Source: a virus
Direction: 5' to 3' (one strand)
Virus record (IMG/VR): IMGVR_UViG_3300017698_000036
Coordinates: 74,657-138,656 of that record
Length of the DNA: 64,000 bases
Part shown: positions 55,698 to 64,000 of the stretch, one piece after another
Position numbering within the stretch: the first letter of the stretch is position 1
Layout of the letters: each line of letters opens with the position of its first letter
Made by a program: the position numbers and the translations under genes
Notes under the pieces: model-generated
What the model saw: the letters and a program-made list of their open reading frames with translations, nothing else
Told to the model about the DNA's origin: nothing
The model's database searches: none

Positions 55698-55913
55698 ATG
55701 GAAAGAGTAAAAGTAGAAAGTACAAATCTTAACAGTGTTGGTTATAATAAGGATGAAAAAATCCTAGAGATTCAGTTCAACTATCGTTCTGCAGTCTACC
55801 AGTATTACAGAGTTCCAGAGTATATCCACACTGGCCTTATGAGAGCTACTAGTAAGGGAGACTACTTCCATAGACGCATCAAGGGTAAATACAAGTTTAA
55901 AAAGGTTGAATAA
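55698..55913 (+). CDS. KTSC domain protein
   Basis: VESTNLNSVGY...LEIQF...YQYYRVP...GLMRATSKGDYFHRRIKGKY. Confidence 0.85.
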   Translation: MERVKVESTNLNSVGYNKDEKILEIQFNYRSAVYQYYRVPEYIHTGLMRATSKGDYFHRRIKGKYKFKKVE

Positions 55914-56224
55914 TGAATAAAAGTTACAGAGTATACAGACTGAAACACAAAAAGACAGGTCAGTACTTGGACTACTATGACGATATGGCCTATTGGGTAG
56001 ATAATGGTGGTAAAACATATCCACATCCCGACTCATTAAAGCTTATTCATATTGATATCAATAAGATTCTGAACTACTATTTGGAGTACTTGGAAGAGGT
56101 TAAAACTAGAACCGTGATACAGGAAGACCTTATTGGCGATTTAAGTGAAGTTATTGAGAGTTGTCTGGATCTGTTAGATAATGGTATCATGGTACAAATT
56201 GAGATAACAGAAAGAGAGTTGTAA
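55913..56224 (+). CDS. Hypothetical protein
   Basis: TAATG-coupled. Confidence 0.55.
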   Translation: MNKSYRVYRLKHKKTGQYLDYYDDMAYWVDNGGKTYPHPDSLKLIHIDINKILNYYLEYLEEVKTRTVIQEDLIGDLSEVIESCLDLLDNGIMVQIEITEREL

Positions 56225-56484
56225 TGAGAAAATATAATCCTTTGGTAATGTTTAGTAGAATGATCGATGTGATAAAAGAGGATATCTTTGAGGAAGACAG
56301 TTTTAAGTATGTGTTGCTAACTATATTTTTTATATGTCTGTTTATGACTGGTATAACCATGTCCGCGGTAGGTGTTATTGGATTTATGATTAAGGGAAAC
56401 TGGTCGTACACTTTTCTATCGTTATTCAACCTGGTTCTGTCCTATTTCTCATTTGGATATATACTTGACGATTGTGAAAAGTGA
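56224..56484 (+). CDS. Two-TM membrane protein
   Basis: Two hydrophobic segments; TAATG-coupled. Confidence 0.55.
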   Translation: MRKYNPLVMFSRMIDVIKEDIFEEDSFKYVLLTIFFICLFMTGITMSAVGVIGFMIKGNWSYTFLSLFNLVLSYFSFGYILDDCEK

Positions 56485-56575
56485 CGTTATATTGAAAAAA
56501 AAGCAATGTACGGCGATGGATATGTAATTAAGGCTGTTACCAAAAAAACAATCCTACAAGGAGAATACAGTTATA

Positions 56576-56719
56576 ATGCCATTCGTTGATATAGAAGAAG
56601 TACAAGAACTTTATACGGAGCAATCCATGAAAATTCAATCCTTAATGTCTCAGCTAAAAGAACGTGATGATGAAATAGCAGAACTCAAGGAGAGGTTGTC
56701 TGAATTAGAGTCAGAATAA
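56576..56719 (+). CDS. 47-aa coiled-coil protein (not in ORF track)
   Basis: AAGGAG upstream; MPFVDIEEVQELY...LSELESE-stop. Confidence 0.45.
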   Translation: MPFVDIEEVQELYTEQSMKIQSLMSQLKERDDEIAELKERLSELESE

Positions 56720-56838
56720 GACGTGATTTATACACTTTAGTTCGAACCATATACCTCAACACCAATTCTCATTTCAAACTCACAGAACGTTAAATTTGAC
56801 ATCACCGTAACAATTTTAAGACGCAGTATAGGTGAAAA

Positions 56839-57000
56839 ATGCAAGTACCATACAAACAACTATTTGGTAAAACAAAACCGGCAACGGACCTTAGGAAGCT
56901 CCGCGAATTACATAAAGTAAAGTTGACCCCTTTGGAGAAGTTGTTACAGATTCCTGGTGTTAAAAGAATGACTGTGCGCGACTATCGAGGTTTCATTTAG
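56839..57000 (+). CDS. 53-aa protein (not in ORF track)
   Basis: AGGTG RBS; MQVPYKQLFGK...RGFI-stop. Confidence 0.45.
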   Translation: MQVPYKQLFGKTKPATDLRKLRELHKVKLTPLEKLLQIPGVKRMTVRDYRGFI

Positions 57001-57018
57001 ACTAGAGTACGTAATGGA

Positions 57019-57258
57019 TTGAGTAAAGGCGACTACTTTCACAGTTCACAAACTCTGGAAGCTAAACTTGAATATCCATTTGATTATTGGATAACGATAA
57101 CTAAAGAGGTTGTACTTCCTGAATTACAAGATAGAATACATGTAGTTCTTAGAAAGGACGGTAAGGTGTTGAACGAGGGAGACTTAGATATTAGAATATT
57201 TGATCAACGAACCGGTAAGTCGATCCATGGATCTCCATGGATGTTTAGTGATATATAG
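57019..57258 (+). CDS. Hypothetical protein
   Basis: YWITITKEVVLPELQDRIHVVL resembles the C-terminal part of the 57267 protein; start uncertain. Confidence 0.45.
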   Translation: MSKGDYFHSSQTLEAKLEYPFDYWITITKEVVLPELQDRIHVVLRKDGKVLNEGDLDIRIFDQRTGKSIHGSPWMFSDI

Positions 57259-57266
57259 GTGTTAAT

Positions 57267-57680
57267 GTGGAAGTGTTTAAAGACCAACTATTTTCAAATG
57301 AGTATACGAGAGAGTTAATTTTTAAAGACCTAAGGGAACGACATAGGACTCTTGGGGAGAGTATAAGTAAAGAGAAGCTCTCATTCATAAACAATCCAAA
57401 TGTTAGAAAAGGTACGAAAGAAGACTGGGCCCTATACATAGAGTCGTATGTATCCGAGGGATATACGGGTTTTATTCACAAATATTATAACTTCGAAGAT
57501 CACGGAGAGTGGTATACCATAGTTCAGGGAGAGGTTGAACTTCCTAAACTAAAGTCCGAGGAGTATGTACATATCATAGTACTACCAGGTACAGAAAAAA
57601 AACCCACTTATTATGTTGGTAGCTATATATACAGGGTAGAGCGACCGTCAGGCCCTGTACCGTTTTTCGATGATATGTAA
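57267..57680 (+). CDS. Hypothetical protein
   Basis: WYTIVQGEVELPKLKSEEYVHIIVL; AGGTG RBS. Confidence 0.55.
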   Translation: MEVFKDQLFSNEYTRELIFKDLRERHRTLGESISKEKLSFINNPNVRKGTKEDWALYIESYVSEGYTGFIHKYYNFEDHGEWYTIVQGEVELPKLKSEEYVHIIVLPGTEKKPTYYVGSYIYRVERPSGPVPFFDDM

Positions 57681-57754
57681 GAAGAGAATATGGAAGTACA
57701 ACGAATGGAACGGTTGTTATAGTCAGTTACAATGCTGGTTAATTGGAGGAATGT

Positions 57755-59389
57755 ATGGATAAAGGTATTAATGTATTGAGTTTATTTGACGGGATATCTG
57801 GTGCACAAGTGGCGCTACAGAAGTTAGGTATTAAGGTTAACAATTATTACGCATCAGAGATTGATAAACACACGATTTCTGTTACAATGAAGAATTTTCC
57901 TGACACCATTCAGTTGGGTGATGTAACTAAGTGGAGAGAGTGGAATCTACCAAAGATTGATTTATTAATCGGGGGTTCTCCATGTTTCGTCGCAGGTACT
58001 AAGGTTTTAACGGAGGGTGGTTTAAAGAACATCGAAGACGTGAAGGTTGGAGATATGGTGTTAACCCACGAGAATAGATATCGTAAGGTACTTAGGGTTG
58101 GTGGTAAAATGTCTGAGACTGTTAAACTGGTTTCTAGTGGTACTTTGATAACTGAAACCACGAAGGAGCATCCCTATTATGTAAGAGAGCTGTGTGGAAA
58201 CGGTTATGGGGGTGAGGGAGGTTTAAGTAGACCGTCGTGGGTAAAGGTGTGTGATTTAATACCAGATGTACACTATGTTGGTGTTCCTATCAACATGGAG
58301 GCGTGTGAAAACGGCCACACCTCAGAGAGTATATACACACTGGCCTCGAATATTCGAGGTCATCAAACAAATATTCCTTATGAGTTTGTTGATTTAAATA
58401 ATGAACTATTACAGTCATTTTTAGATGGTTACAATTCAAATGATGGTGTAATAGATAACGACTTTATGTCGGTACATGCCAAGGATGAGTCAGACGCCCT
58501 TACGTTAGGACTTATAGTCAATAAACTTTACAATGTCCCAGTTAGTTATAATAGTCATCAATGTATAGGTGGAAAGAAGAGCTATAGTGTGATGTATAGA
58601 AGACAGAATTATAAAGATTTTGTAAGTGATGATATAGTGTGGCAACCGATGAGGGAGGTTTACGAGACTGGAGACGAGAAGTGGGTCTACAATTTAGAGG
58701 TTGAAGAGGATAATAGTTACACGGCCAACAACGCAATTGTGCACAACTGTCAAGGTTTCAGTATGGCCGGTAAGAAGTTGAATTTTCAGGACCCTAGAAG
58801 TAAGTTGTTCTTTGAGTATGTTGATATTCTCAAACACTTTAAACCAGAGCATTTCTTCTTGGAAAATGTGAAGATGAAACAGTCTTTCCAGGCCGTCATT
58901 ACTAGCTTCTTGGGGGTTGAACCTGTAGAGATTAATAGTGGACTTTTATCAGCTCAAAGTAGGCCAAGGCTGTATTGGTGTGATTGGGATGTGATGGTAC
59001 CGAAACAGAGGGGTGTTGTGTTGGATGATATACTGGATCCTAATGCGAATCATAACCGTAAGACATTCAACCCTATTCAACCTACCCCTAAGCCGTCACG
59101 TAATGGGTTGATATGTAGACGTACGGATTTGCCTACCAATTATGATTATGGTAAGAGGGTCTACTTATCTAAGGGTAAGAGTCCCACGTTATGTGCAGCC
59201 TCTGCGGGGTCTGTTAAGATATCTGACGATGATTATCAAACCTATAGAAATCTGTCTGAACTTGAAGGAGAGAGATTACAAACTTATCCGGACAATTACA
59301 CAGATACGATTACTAGATCTCAAAGGTTTAAGGCTTTAGGAAACTCATTCACTGTTGACGTAATCGCACATATTCTCTCACAAATGTAA
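57755..59389 (+). CDS. C5 cytosine DNA methyltransferase with intein
   Basis: Motif I LSLFDGISG, motif IV GGSP^CQGFS (intein-split), VI FFLENV, VIII AQSRPRLYW, X LGNSF. Confidence 0.92.
   Translation: MDKGINVLSLFDGISGAQVALQKLGIKVNNYYASEIDKHTISVTMKNFPDTIQLGDVTKWREWNLPKIDLLIGGSPCFVAGTKVLTEGGLKNIEDVKVGDMVLTHENRYRKVLRVGGKMSETVKLVSSGTLITETTKEHPYYVRELCGNGYGGEGGLSRPSWVKVCDLIPDVHYVGVPINMEACENGHTSESIYTLASNIRGHQTNIPYEFVDLNNELLQSFLDGYNSNDGVIDNDFMSVHAKDESDALTLGLIVNKLYNVPVSYNSHQCIGGKKSYSVMYRRQNYKDFVSDDIVWQPMREVYETGDEKWVYNLEVEEDNSYTANNAIVHNCQGFSMAGKKLNFQDPRSKLFFEYVDILKHFKPEHFFLENVKMKQSFQAVITSFLGVEPVEINSGLLSAQSRPRLYWCDWDVMVPKQRGVVLDDILDPNANHNRKTFNPIQPTPKPSRNGLICRRTDLPTNYDYGKRVYLSKGKSPTLCAASAGSVKISDDDYQTYRNLSELEGERLQTYPDNYTDTITRSQRFKALGNSFTVDVIAHILSQM
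57983..58747 (+). mobile_element. Intein (255 aa) at the catalytic Pro-Cys of the MTase, with endonuclease remnant
   Basis: Starts CFVAGTKVLTEGGLKNIEDVKVGDMV, TTKEHPYY (block B), FLDGYNSNDG (LAGLIDADG-like block E), ends VYNLEVEEDNSYTANNAIVHN before Cys. Confidence 0.92.
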
Positions 59390-59397
59390 ATTAATCC

Positions 59398-59426
59398 TTG
59401 ACAATTAAACAAAAATGGGGTATATT
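59398..59426 (+). promoter_or_regulatory. sigma70-type early promoter
   Basis: TTGACA-17-TATATT; same aatcc...aaaaatgggg frame as 21606 and 51805. Confidence 0.85.
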
Positions 59427-59481
59427 AATATTATAAGGTCGAAATGACTTTAAGGTTTAAATATTTTAAGAGAGGATAAAT

Positions 59482-60240
59482 ATGAGCTGGTTCTATAGTG
59501 GTGGAAGACGTTACAATAGTGATGACAACAATCTATCACCGACTCTAATAGAGTTACGTGATAAGATAAGAGATAGGTTTAAGCATTTAAAAGATGCGTT
59601 AAACGATAAAAAGTATGTATATTGGAAGTCGGGTGATCCTAAACTGCCCTTACATCCAGTGTCAGATATATATATAAGTGATAGGATAGAGAGTGGCAGG
59701 TCTTACTATGCTATATTGGTGAAATTCAAAAACAATAAAGTATACACAAATACAGTATATGGTAGATACAACAAGTACAGTGATACCATCGTGGATGTCG
59801 ATTTCGTTAATGATTTTGAAATAAGGGATAAACAAGTACGTAAAAAGGCCATTCGAAAACCTAAACTGGATATGTCTATGAGTGAGTATCACATAAATCA
59901 ACTGAAAATGTACGATGAAAGCCCTCACCATGTTATATGTTATTTTGATATTAACTGGTTTGAGGATGATGGTAATGGTGGTTTGAAGATGACTAGTGCG
60001 CTACAAAATAGTCTGGATCAAATGAGTCTGGACCGAATATTCTACAGATATAGTGTAAGTGGTTTAAAATTTAGGGAGAACAGTAAGGGTGATGTGGTAG
60101 GGATATCTGGGTTAGGTCCTATGGGTGGAACTAGAAGTGTCTCTAAGTTGAGATTCGATTTAAACTTCAAAATCTATGTCGTCAAGAATGTTAACTTGTC
60201 TATGGAAGAAAATCCAAAGGATAAGTTTCAGTTGTTTTAA
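59482..60240 (+). CDS. Hypothetical protein ending in FQLF-stop
   Basis: GAGG RBS; last codons cag ttg ttt taa. Confidence 0.7.
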   Translation: MSWFYSGGRRYNSDDNNLSPTLIELRDKIRDRFKHLKDALNDKKYVYWKSGDPKLPLHPVSDIYISDRIESGRSYYAILVKFKNNKVYTNTVYGRYNKYSDTIVDVDFVNDFEIRDKQVRKKAIRKPKLDMSMSEYHINQLKMYDESPHHVICYFDINWFEDDGNGGLKMTSALQNSLDQMSLDRIFYRYSVSGLKFRENSKGDVVGISGLGPMGGTRSVSKLRFDLNFKIYVVKNVNLSMEENPKDKFQLF

Positions 60241-60249
60241 GATTTAGTA

Positions 60250-60903
60250 ATGGAAGGTGTGAAGATGGAAGTTAAATACGGAAATGGTAGTACTGAATAT
60301 GGTCCTGGAATAGAAATAAACCTTACTGGTGACGAACTGGCGAAGGCCTTAACAGCATATCTAGTCGCTCATGATGTACATATTGACGGACCTCGTACAG
60401 TACGTATTAATGGTGACTTATGTGATGACGTTCGGATATATGTAGACCCATCAGGTAATGTATATACTGGTGGTGAGAAGTATTCCGGTCGAGGTCCTAC
60501 TGGTAACTGGGAGGAGTTCTTCACACACAAAGAGTTGAACGATATCGGCGGTGTGGTTAGGTTATTACGAAAAGAAAAAAACTGGACCCATGAAGATTTA
60601 GGTCATGAAGTCGACTTATCCAGTTATATGGTACAATGTTTAGAAGAAAATGACTTCAAACCTAATACAGAGTTAAGACAAAAACTCGGTAAAGTGTTCA
60701 ATCTGTCACCAGAGGTATTTAAGGTACCAACTAAAAATGAAGTTAAGTCATGTCGTCTTTGTGGTGAGGACGAATATGCGATTGAGGGTTACGTTGAACA
60801 TAAATGTGAAAAGGTTAATATAGAAGACTCTGAGTATATGCGTATGACTACTGAGGATTGGAATTCTTGGAATGATGGTGAAGCGGGGGAACTATTAAAA
60901 TGA
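60250..60903 (+). CDS. Multi-domain protein with XRE-type HTH
   Basis: IGGVVRLLRKEKNWTHEDLGHEVDLSSYMVQCLEEND-x-KP; CRLC tail. Confidence 0.65.
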   Translation: MEGVKMEVKYGNGSTEYGPGIEINLTGDELAKALTAYLVAHDVHIDGPRTVRINGDLCDDVRIYVDPSGNVYTGGEKYSGRGPTGNWEEFFTHKELNDIGGVVRLLRKEKNWTHEDLGHEVDLSSYMVQCLEENDFKPNTELRQKLGKVFNLSPEVFKVPTKNEVKSCRLCGEDEYAIEGYVEHKCEKVNIEDSEYMRMTTEDWNSWNDGEAGELLK

Positions 60904-61070
60904 GTAAATGTAAAAAATGTAGAGATGAGGAGCCGATAGAGGCGAGTGAGAAAGAAGTTAAAATTGTAATCTATGATGATGAAATTGACGTCGAGATTCC
61001 TCTGTATTGGGGCTCTGCATCTACAACTTTTCAAATCAACTATTGTCCATTCTGTGGGAGGGAATTATAA
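60900..61070 (+). CDS. Zinc-ribbon protein, tandem paralog 1 (not in ORF track)
   Basis: MSKCKKCRDE...INYCPFCGREL-stop. Confidence 0.7.
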   Translation: MSKCKKCRDEEPIEASEKEVKIVIYDDEIDVEIPLYWGSASTTFQINYCPFCGREL

Positions 61071-61258
61071 TGAGCGAATGCAAAAAATGTAGAGATGAGG
61101 ATAATTTCCTAGAGGCGATAATAGGCAATTATGACTATGCAACTGTCAGCATTTATGAAGATGAGCTAGAAGTTAGGGTTGATAAATATGGTGCTAGCGT
61201 TACTGATAAAATCAAAATCAACTACTGCCCATTTTGCGGAAGGGAGTTAGGAAAATGA
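61070..61258 (+). CDS. Zinc-ribbon protein, tandem paralog 2
   Basis: MSECKKCRDE...INYCPFCGRELGK. Confidence 0.7.
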   Translation: MSECKKCRDEDNFLEAIIGNYDYATVSIYEDELEVRVDKYGASVTDKIKINYCPFCGRELGK

Positions 61259-61437
61259 ATAGCCATTACATCATTTTGCAAGAAGAGTGTATTACAGACC
61301 TTGAGAATGAGGTTAATAAAAGCATGGAGGAGGGGTATGTCCCAATTGGAGGGCCGTTCCATTGGGTTGAGCTAAGGACTGAATATCTATGTCAAGCAAT
61401 GCTGCTAAAAGAGACCATTAAGGATAATGAACTATGA
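61255..61437 (+). CDS. DUF1737-like small protein
   Basis: YIILQE...LENEVNKSMEEGYVPIGGP...LCQAM. Confidence 0.6.
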   Translation: MNSHYIILQEECITDLENEVNKSMEEGYVPIGGPFHWVELRTEYLCQAMLLKETIKDNEL

Positions 61438-61889
61438 GTGAACAAGAATTAAAGCCGTGTCATTGCGGGTGTAATGAATTACAGATATTGCACGATGACC
61501 CTAATCCATGCTGGTCTATGATGTGTAATAACAACGATTGCGGCTGGGAATTTGGCTGGTATGATACCAAGGAGGAATTGATAGAAGCATGGAATATCCG
61601 CCCCATTGAAGATGAATTGAGGAACCAAATCAAATCGTTGAAATCTGAAATGGAAGTCCATAAATCATTTCATGACTTAGTTGTTCTAGAGCGAAATCAA
61701 GCGAGGTATCAACGTAATGATCTACGGGCCCAAGTAGAGCAGCTCGAAAAAGAGAAAGACGAACTGTTGAGTGATATTAGTGGATTACTACAATCTTTAA
61801 TGGAACATGGAGCCAGTACTGTACCCATAACCAGTGAAGAGTTGGAGCAGATGGGTAGGTTGATAGAGGGAGTAGAGATCGACGACTAA
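61434..61889 (+). CDS. Lar-like (restriction alleviation family) zinc-finger plus coiled coil
   Basis: ELKPCHCG...MCNNNDCG...TKEELIEAWNIRP. Confidence 0.6.
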   Translation: MSEQELKPCHCGCNELQILHDDPNPCWSMMCNNNDCGWEFGWYDTKEELIEAWNIRPIEDELRNQIKSLKSEMEVHKSFHDLVVLERNQARYQRNDLRAQVEQLEKEKDELLSDISGLLQSLMEHGASTVPITSEELEQMGRLIEGVEIDD

Positions 61890-61916
61890 TTGTACAAATT
61901 ATCCCCAAAAAAGGCC

Positions 61917-61945
61917 TTGACAGGAGTGTAAAGGTGTGGTATAAT
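61917..61945 (+). promoter_or_regulatory. sigma70-type early promoter
   Basis: TTGACA-17-TATAAT with TGG before the -10. Confidence 0.88.
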
Positions 61946-61976
61946 ATAAGTATAGTTTGTTAATTTGGAGGATAAT

Positions 61977-62855
61977 ATGAATTTAAGAACTGAGGTAAGA
62001 GTGACTATTGAGAATTACGTTAAGAGGTTCGTTGTTATTAACGATGAGGGAAACTCTAACGGCTCAACTGAGAATAAGGTATATATCTCATTTTGTGGAA
62101 AATCATTCTATCCTACCAGTGAAAAACAAGAGTCGGAATGTGTCGAGATTTTAAAGTTTATCAAGGATGTGTATGATAGTAACGCTTTCGGTAAATTCTC
62201 TCAGCGTGTTAGTGACCTCTATGATAGTGTAATTATATTGACTCCAGGTACGTCATCTATATTAAATTCCAGATATACAGAAGGTAAACGTGTAGATAGT
62301 CTGGGTATGTTGGTTGCGGGTATACGTACAGTACTTAGAAGAAGGATTACAGAACCAACCGGATATAAGAAGGGTGACATGATCGAGGGTGAGATGGTTC
62401 TAAAGGGTATCAAGGAGTACGTTGATAGTAGCCGTTGGAATAATCGTTGGGATATGGACATGCCAGTACTCGACGTTGTTCCCAAGATGGTTTTAAATGG
62501 TACGATAGGTGGTATACCATTCAAGACCATCATGCTTAGAAATGTCGACTCGTGGGTATATCGGGTAAAGTGGTTTCTTAGAGATTTTATAGAGGAGGCC
62601 TGTGATGGTCATTATGTCTGTGATTCTTTCGTAGAAGAGTCAGATCAGTTGAATCTCTTTATGGATGTACTCAAACAACGTAATAATAAACTCTCCTATA
62701 GCTTCATACCTAAAAACACGGAGGTGATAGTGTTGGGTGAGACATACAATGATATCTATGGTTATTCATTAGATTTAGATATAAAGTATGTAGAGAAACA
62801 GTCAGAGATGGACATGAAACGTGTGTATCATAACAACCATTCAAACTTCTTTTAG
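61977..62855 (+). CDS. Hypothetical protein (ends HSNFF-stop)
   Basis: GGAGG RBS; first gene after promoter. Confidence 0.65.
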   Translation: MNLRTEVRVTIENYVKRFVVINDEGNSNGSTENKVYISFCGKSFYPTSEKQESECVEILKFIKDVYDSNAFGKFSQRVSDLYDSVIILTPGTSSILNSRYTEGKRVDSLGMLVAGIRTVLRRRITEPTGYKKGDMIEGEMVLKGIKEYVDSSRWNNRWDMDMPVLDVVPKMVLNGTIGGIPFKTIMLRNVDSWVYRVKWFLRDFIEEACDGHYVCDSFVEESDQLNLFMDVLKQRNNKLSYSFIPKNTEVIVLGETYNDIYGYSLDLDIKYVEKQSEMDMKRVYHNNHSNFF

Positions 62856-62864
62856 GATATTATA

Positions 62865-63302
62865 ATGAGTAACTATATCGATATATTGAAATCAAGAGTT
62901 GCAGAGATATCACAAGATGCTAGTACTCATATGTATAATGCATTCAACAACCTATTTATAGAACAGCTTGAAAGTGCTGTAATAGATGTAATGTTGAAGT
63001 CGGGTATTGAGGGTGGACTGCATAAGGTAAAAGAGGTTGTCGAAGAGTTGATGGTGGAGGTTATACAAGATGTTGAAGACTTACAGGATGTTATCAACAA
63101 TAGTGATGAACAACTAAGAGAGATAGACGAAAATATAAAACGTCTAAGACATGAAAAGTATAAACTTCTAAACAGCACCCAAGGTATTCAGGATAGATTT
63201 ACTAGAGTTAAGGTGTTGGCGGAGTTTGTACGAAGGGTTTATAGGGATATGGTAGAAAACAATAGTCCTACATTAAATAAACTGAATAAACAGCTGTTCT
63301 GA
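62865..63302 (+). CDS. Coiled-coil protein ending in KQLF-stop
   Basis: Last codons cag ctg ttc tga. Confidence 0.7.
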   Translation: MSNYIDILKSRVAEISQDASTHMYNAFNNLFIEQLESAVIDVMLKSGIEGGLHKVKEVVEELMVEVIQDVEDLQDVINNSDEQLREIDENIKRLRHEKYKLLNSTQGIQDRFTRVKVLAEFVRRVYRDMVENNSPTLNKLNKQLF

Positions 63303-63310
63303 GGTGATTT

Positions 63311-63643
63311 ATGGAGTATGACTTTTTAAAAGACTTTAATGATGTTGTAGATATTTTAAACGACATCTATGTAAACTCGACGTATGTGGCCTACATAACC
63401 GTTAATGGTATGAGACACGAGTTAACAGGGATAAATACTCCTAGATTTCATGAGTGGAATTCCAAGTACACTCTAGAGTATGGTAAAAACTCACATATGG
63501 ATGTACCAAAAGAGTCCAACGTGTTTGAGTACGTTACATTCTTTGAGTTAAAAGACGTCAATGAAGAGTTGGAAGATAGAATAGGACTGATACGTAGTAC
63601 AAGATTGAAACAGAAAATATCAGAAGACCTTCAACTATTTTAG
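63311..63643 (+). CDS. Hypothetical protein ending in LQLF-stop
   Basis: Last codons caa cta ttt tag. Confidence 0.7.
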   Translation: MEYDFLKDFNDVVDILNDIYVNSTYVAYITVNGMRHELTGINTPRFHEWNSKYTLEYGKNSHMDVPKESNVFEYVTFFELKDVNEELEDRIGLIRSTRLKQKISEDLQLF

Positions 63644-63652
63644 GATATTAGT

Positions 63653-63970
63653 ATGGATATGTGTGAAAAGCTCTCTAAATGCCTTGATCTACCACTGTAT
63701 GACGATGGTGCGGTAGATATTATGCTCATTATAAATGACTGTCTTTACTATATAGTAGATTTTATCAATGAGAGAACCATGGTTAGGGTTGAGTACGTTA
63801 AATCCCCATGGCGTATGGACAGGGGGAGGACAGAAACTATCATATTGGATAATGATTCTGACTTGTTTAAACATTTTACCTTTATAAGGTTGGTTAGTAT
63901 TGACAAAGAGGTAGAGACAGAGTATAATAAAATAAAGAAGAGTGAGTTTTTTAAACAACAGTTATTTTAA
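63653..63970 (+). CDS. Hypothetical protein ending in QQLF-stop
   Basis: Last codons cag tta ttt taa. Confidence 0.7.
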   Translation: MDMCEKLSKCLDLPLYDDGAVDIMLIINDCLYYIVDFINERTMVRVEYVKSPWRMDRGRTETIILDNDSDLFKHFTFIRLVSIDKEVETEYNKIKKSEFFKQQLF

Positions 63971-64000
63971 CCCTAACATATGGAGATTTTTATATGAGTA

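Noticed and set aside
56482-56589. Possible TGA read-through of 56224-56484 into RYIEKKAMYGDGY...
   Set aside because: A short open stretch is expected by chance; no supporting signal or homology.
56720-56830. GTTCGAAC (T-loop-like) and TTGACA in the non-coding gap
   Set aside because: No T-arm stem or cloverleaf on either strand, and no -10 at 16-18 bp from the TTGACA.
57019-57042. SKGDYFH shared between the 57019 ORF start and the KTSC protein C-terminus
   Set aside because: Only 7 aa with several nucleotide differences, and the 57019 start is uncertain; cannot distinguish chance from a recombination scar.
61-63958. Minus-strand ORFs in the six-frame track (e.g. 1381-1905, 4042-4461, 43908-44348)
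   Set aside because: All lie antisense to longer + strand genes with recognisable motifs and RBSs; I saw no RBS or known motif supporting them. Treated as shadows.
9031-63970. QLF-stop as a DNA-level element (recombination site or terminator part)
   Set aside because: Variation falls on synonymous positions and among stop codons, which fits peptide-level rather than DNA-level constraint.
1-64000. Alternative genetic code (stop-codon reassignment, as in some large phages)
   Set aside because: Long conserved genes (DnaE, NrdJ, GroEL, RecA) are intact in the standard code, and TAA, TAG and TGA all occur at clear gene ends.

Overview
A 64 kb slice of a large, AT-rich, T4-like myophage (jumbo-type Caudoviricetes) genome. 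Every credible gene is on the + strand in the standard genetic code; the minus-strand ORFs in the track are shadows. Order: the end of a tail/baseplate block (5'-truncated tape measure, tube-initiator-like, LysM wedge, hub-like), then a replication block (degenerate PolA, gp32-like SSB, RecA/UvsX, 5'-3' exonuclease, helicase with a mini-intein, class II RNR). Long accessory regions follow, interleaved with ThyX, DnaE, HU, dUTPase, an IMPDH-like enzyme, a C5 DNA methyltransferase with an intein, and a large proteostasis set (HslV/proteasome-beta-like peptidase, ClpP-like, GroEL-like, small HSP, MoxR AAA+ plus VWA/peptidase). Sixteen near-consensus sigma70 promoters and four terminator-like hairpins are visible. 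No tRNA or CRISPR array was found. Three patterns not explained by these annotations stand out. (1) Twelve apparently unrelated proteins end in QLF-stop or SLF-stop, written with different synonymous codons and all three stop codons, and seven more carry a near-terminal (N/D)DG(K/R)xSLFS tail: a shared C-terminal peptide address under protein-level selection. (2) Ten dispersed copies of an LRR-like solenoid gene, eight with an invariant N-terminal module, often forming promoter+RBS+gene cassettes with a built-in ATGA coupling to the next gene. (3) A perfect 14 bp hairpin that buries the Shine-Dalgarno of a zincin gene, with a candidate late-promoter motif in its loop. All family assignments come from motif recognition only; no database search was run.
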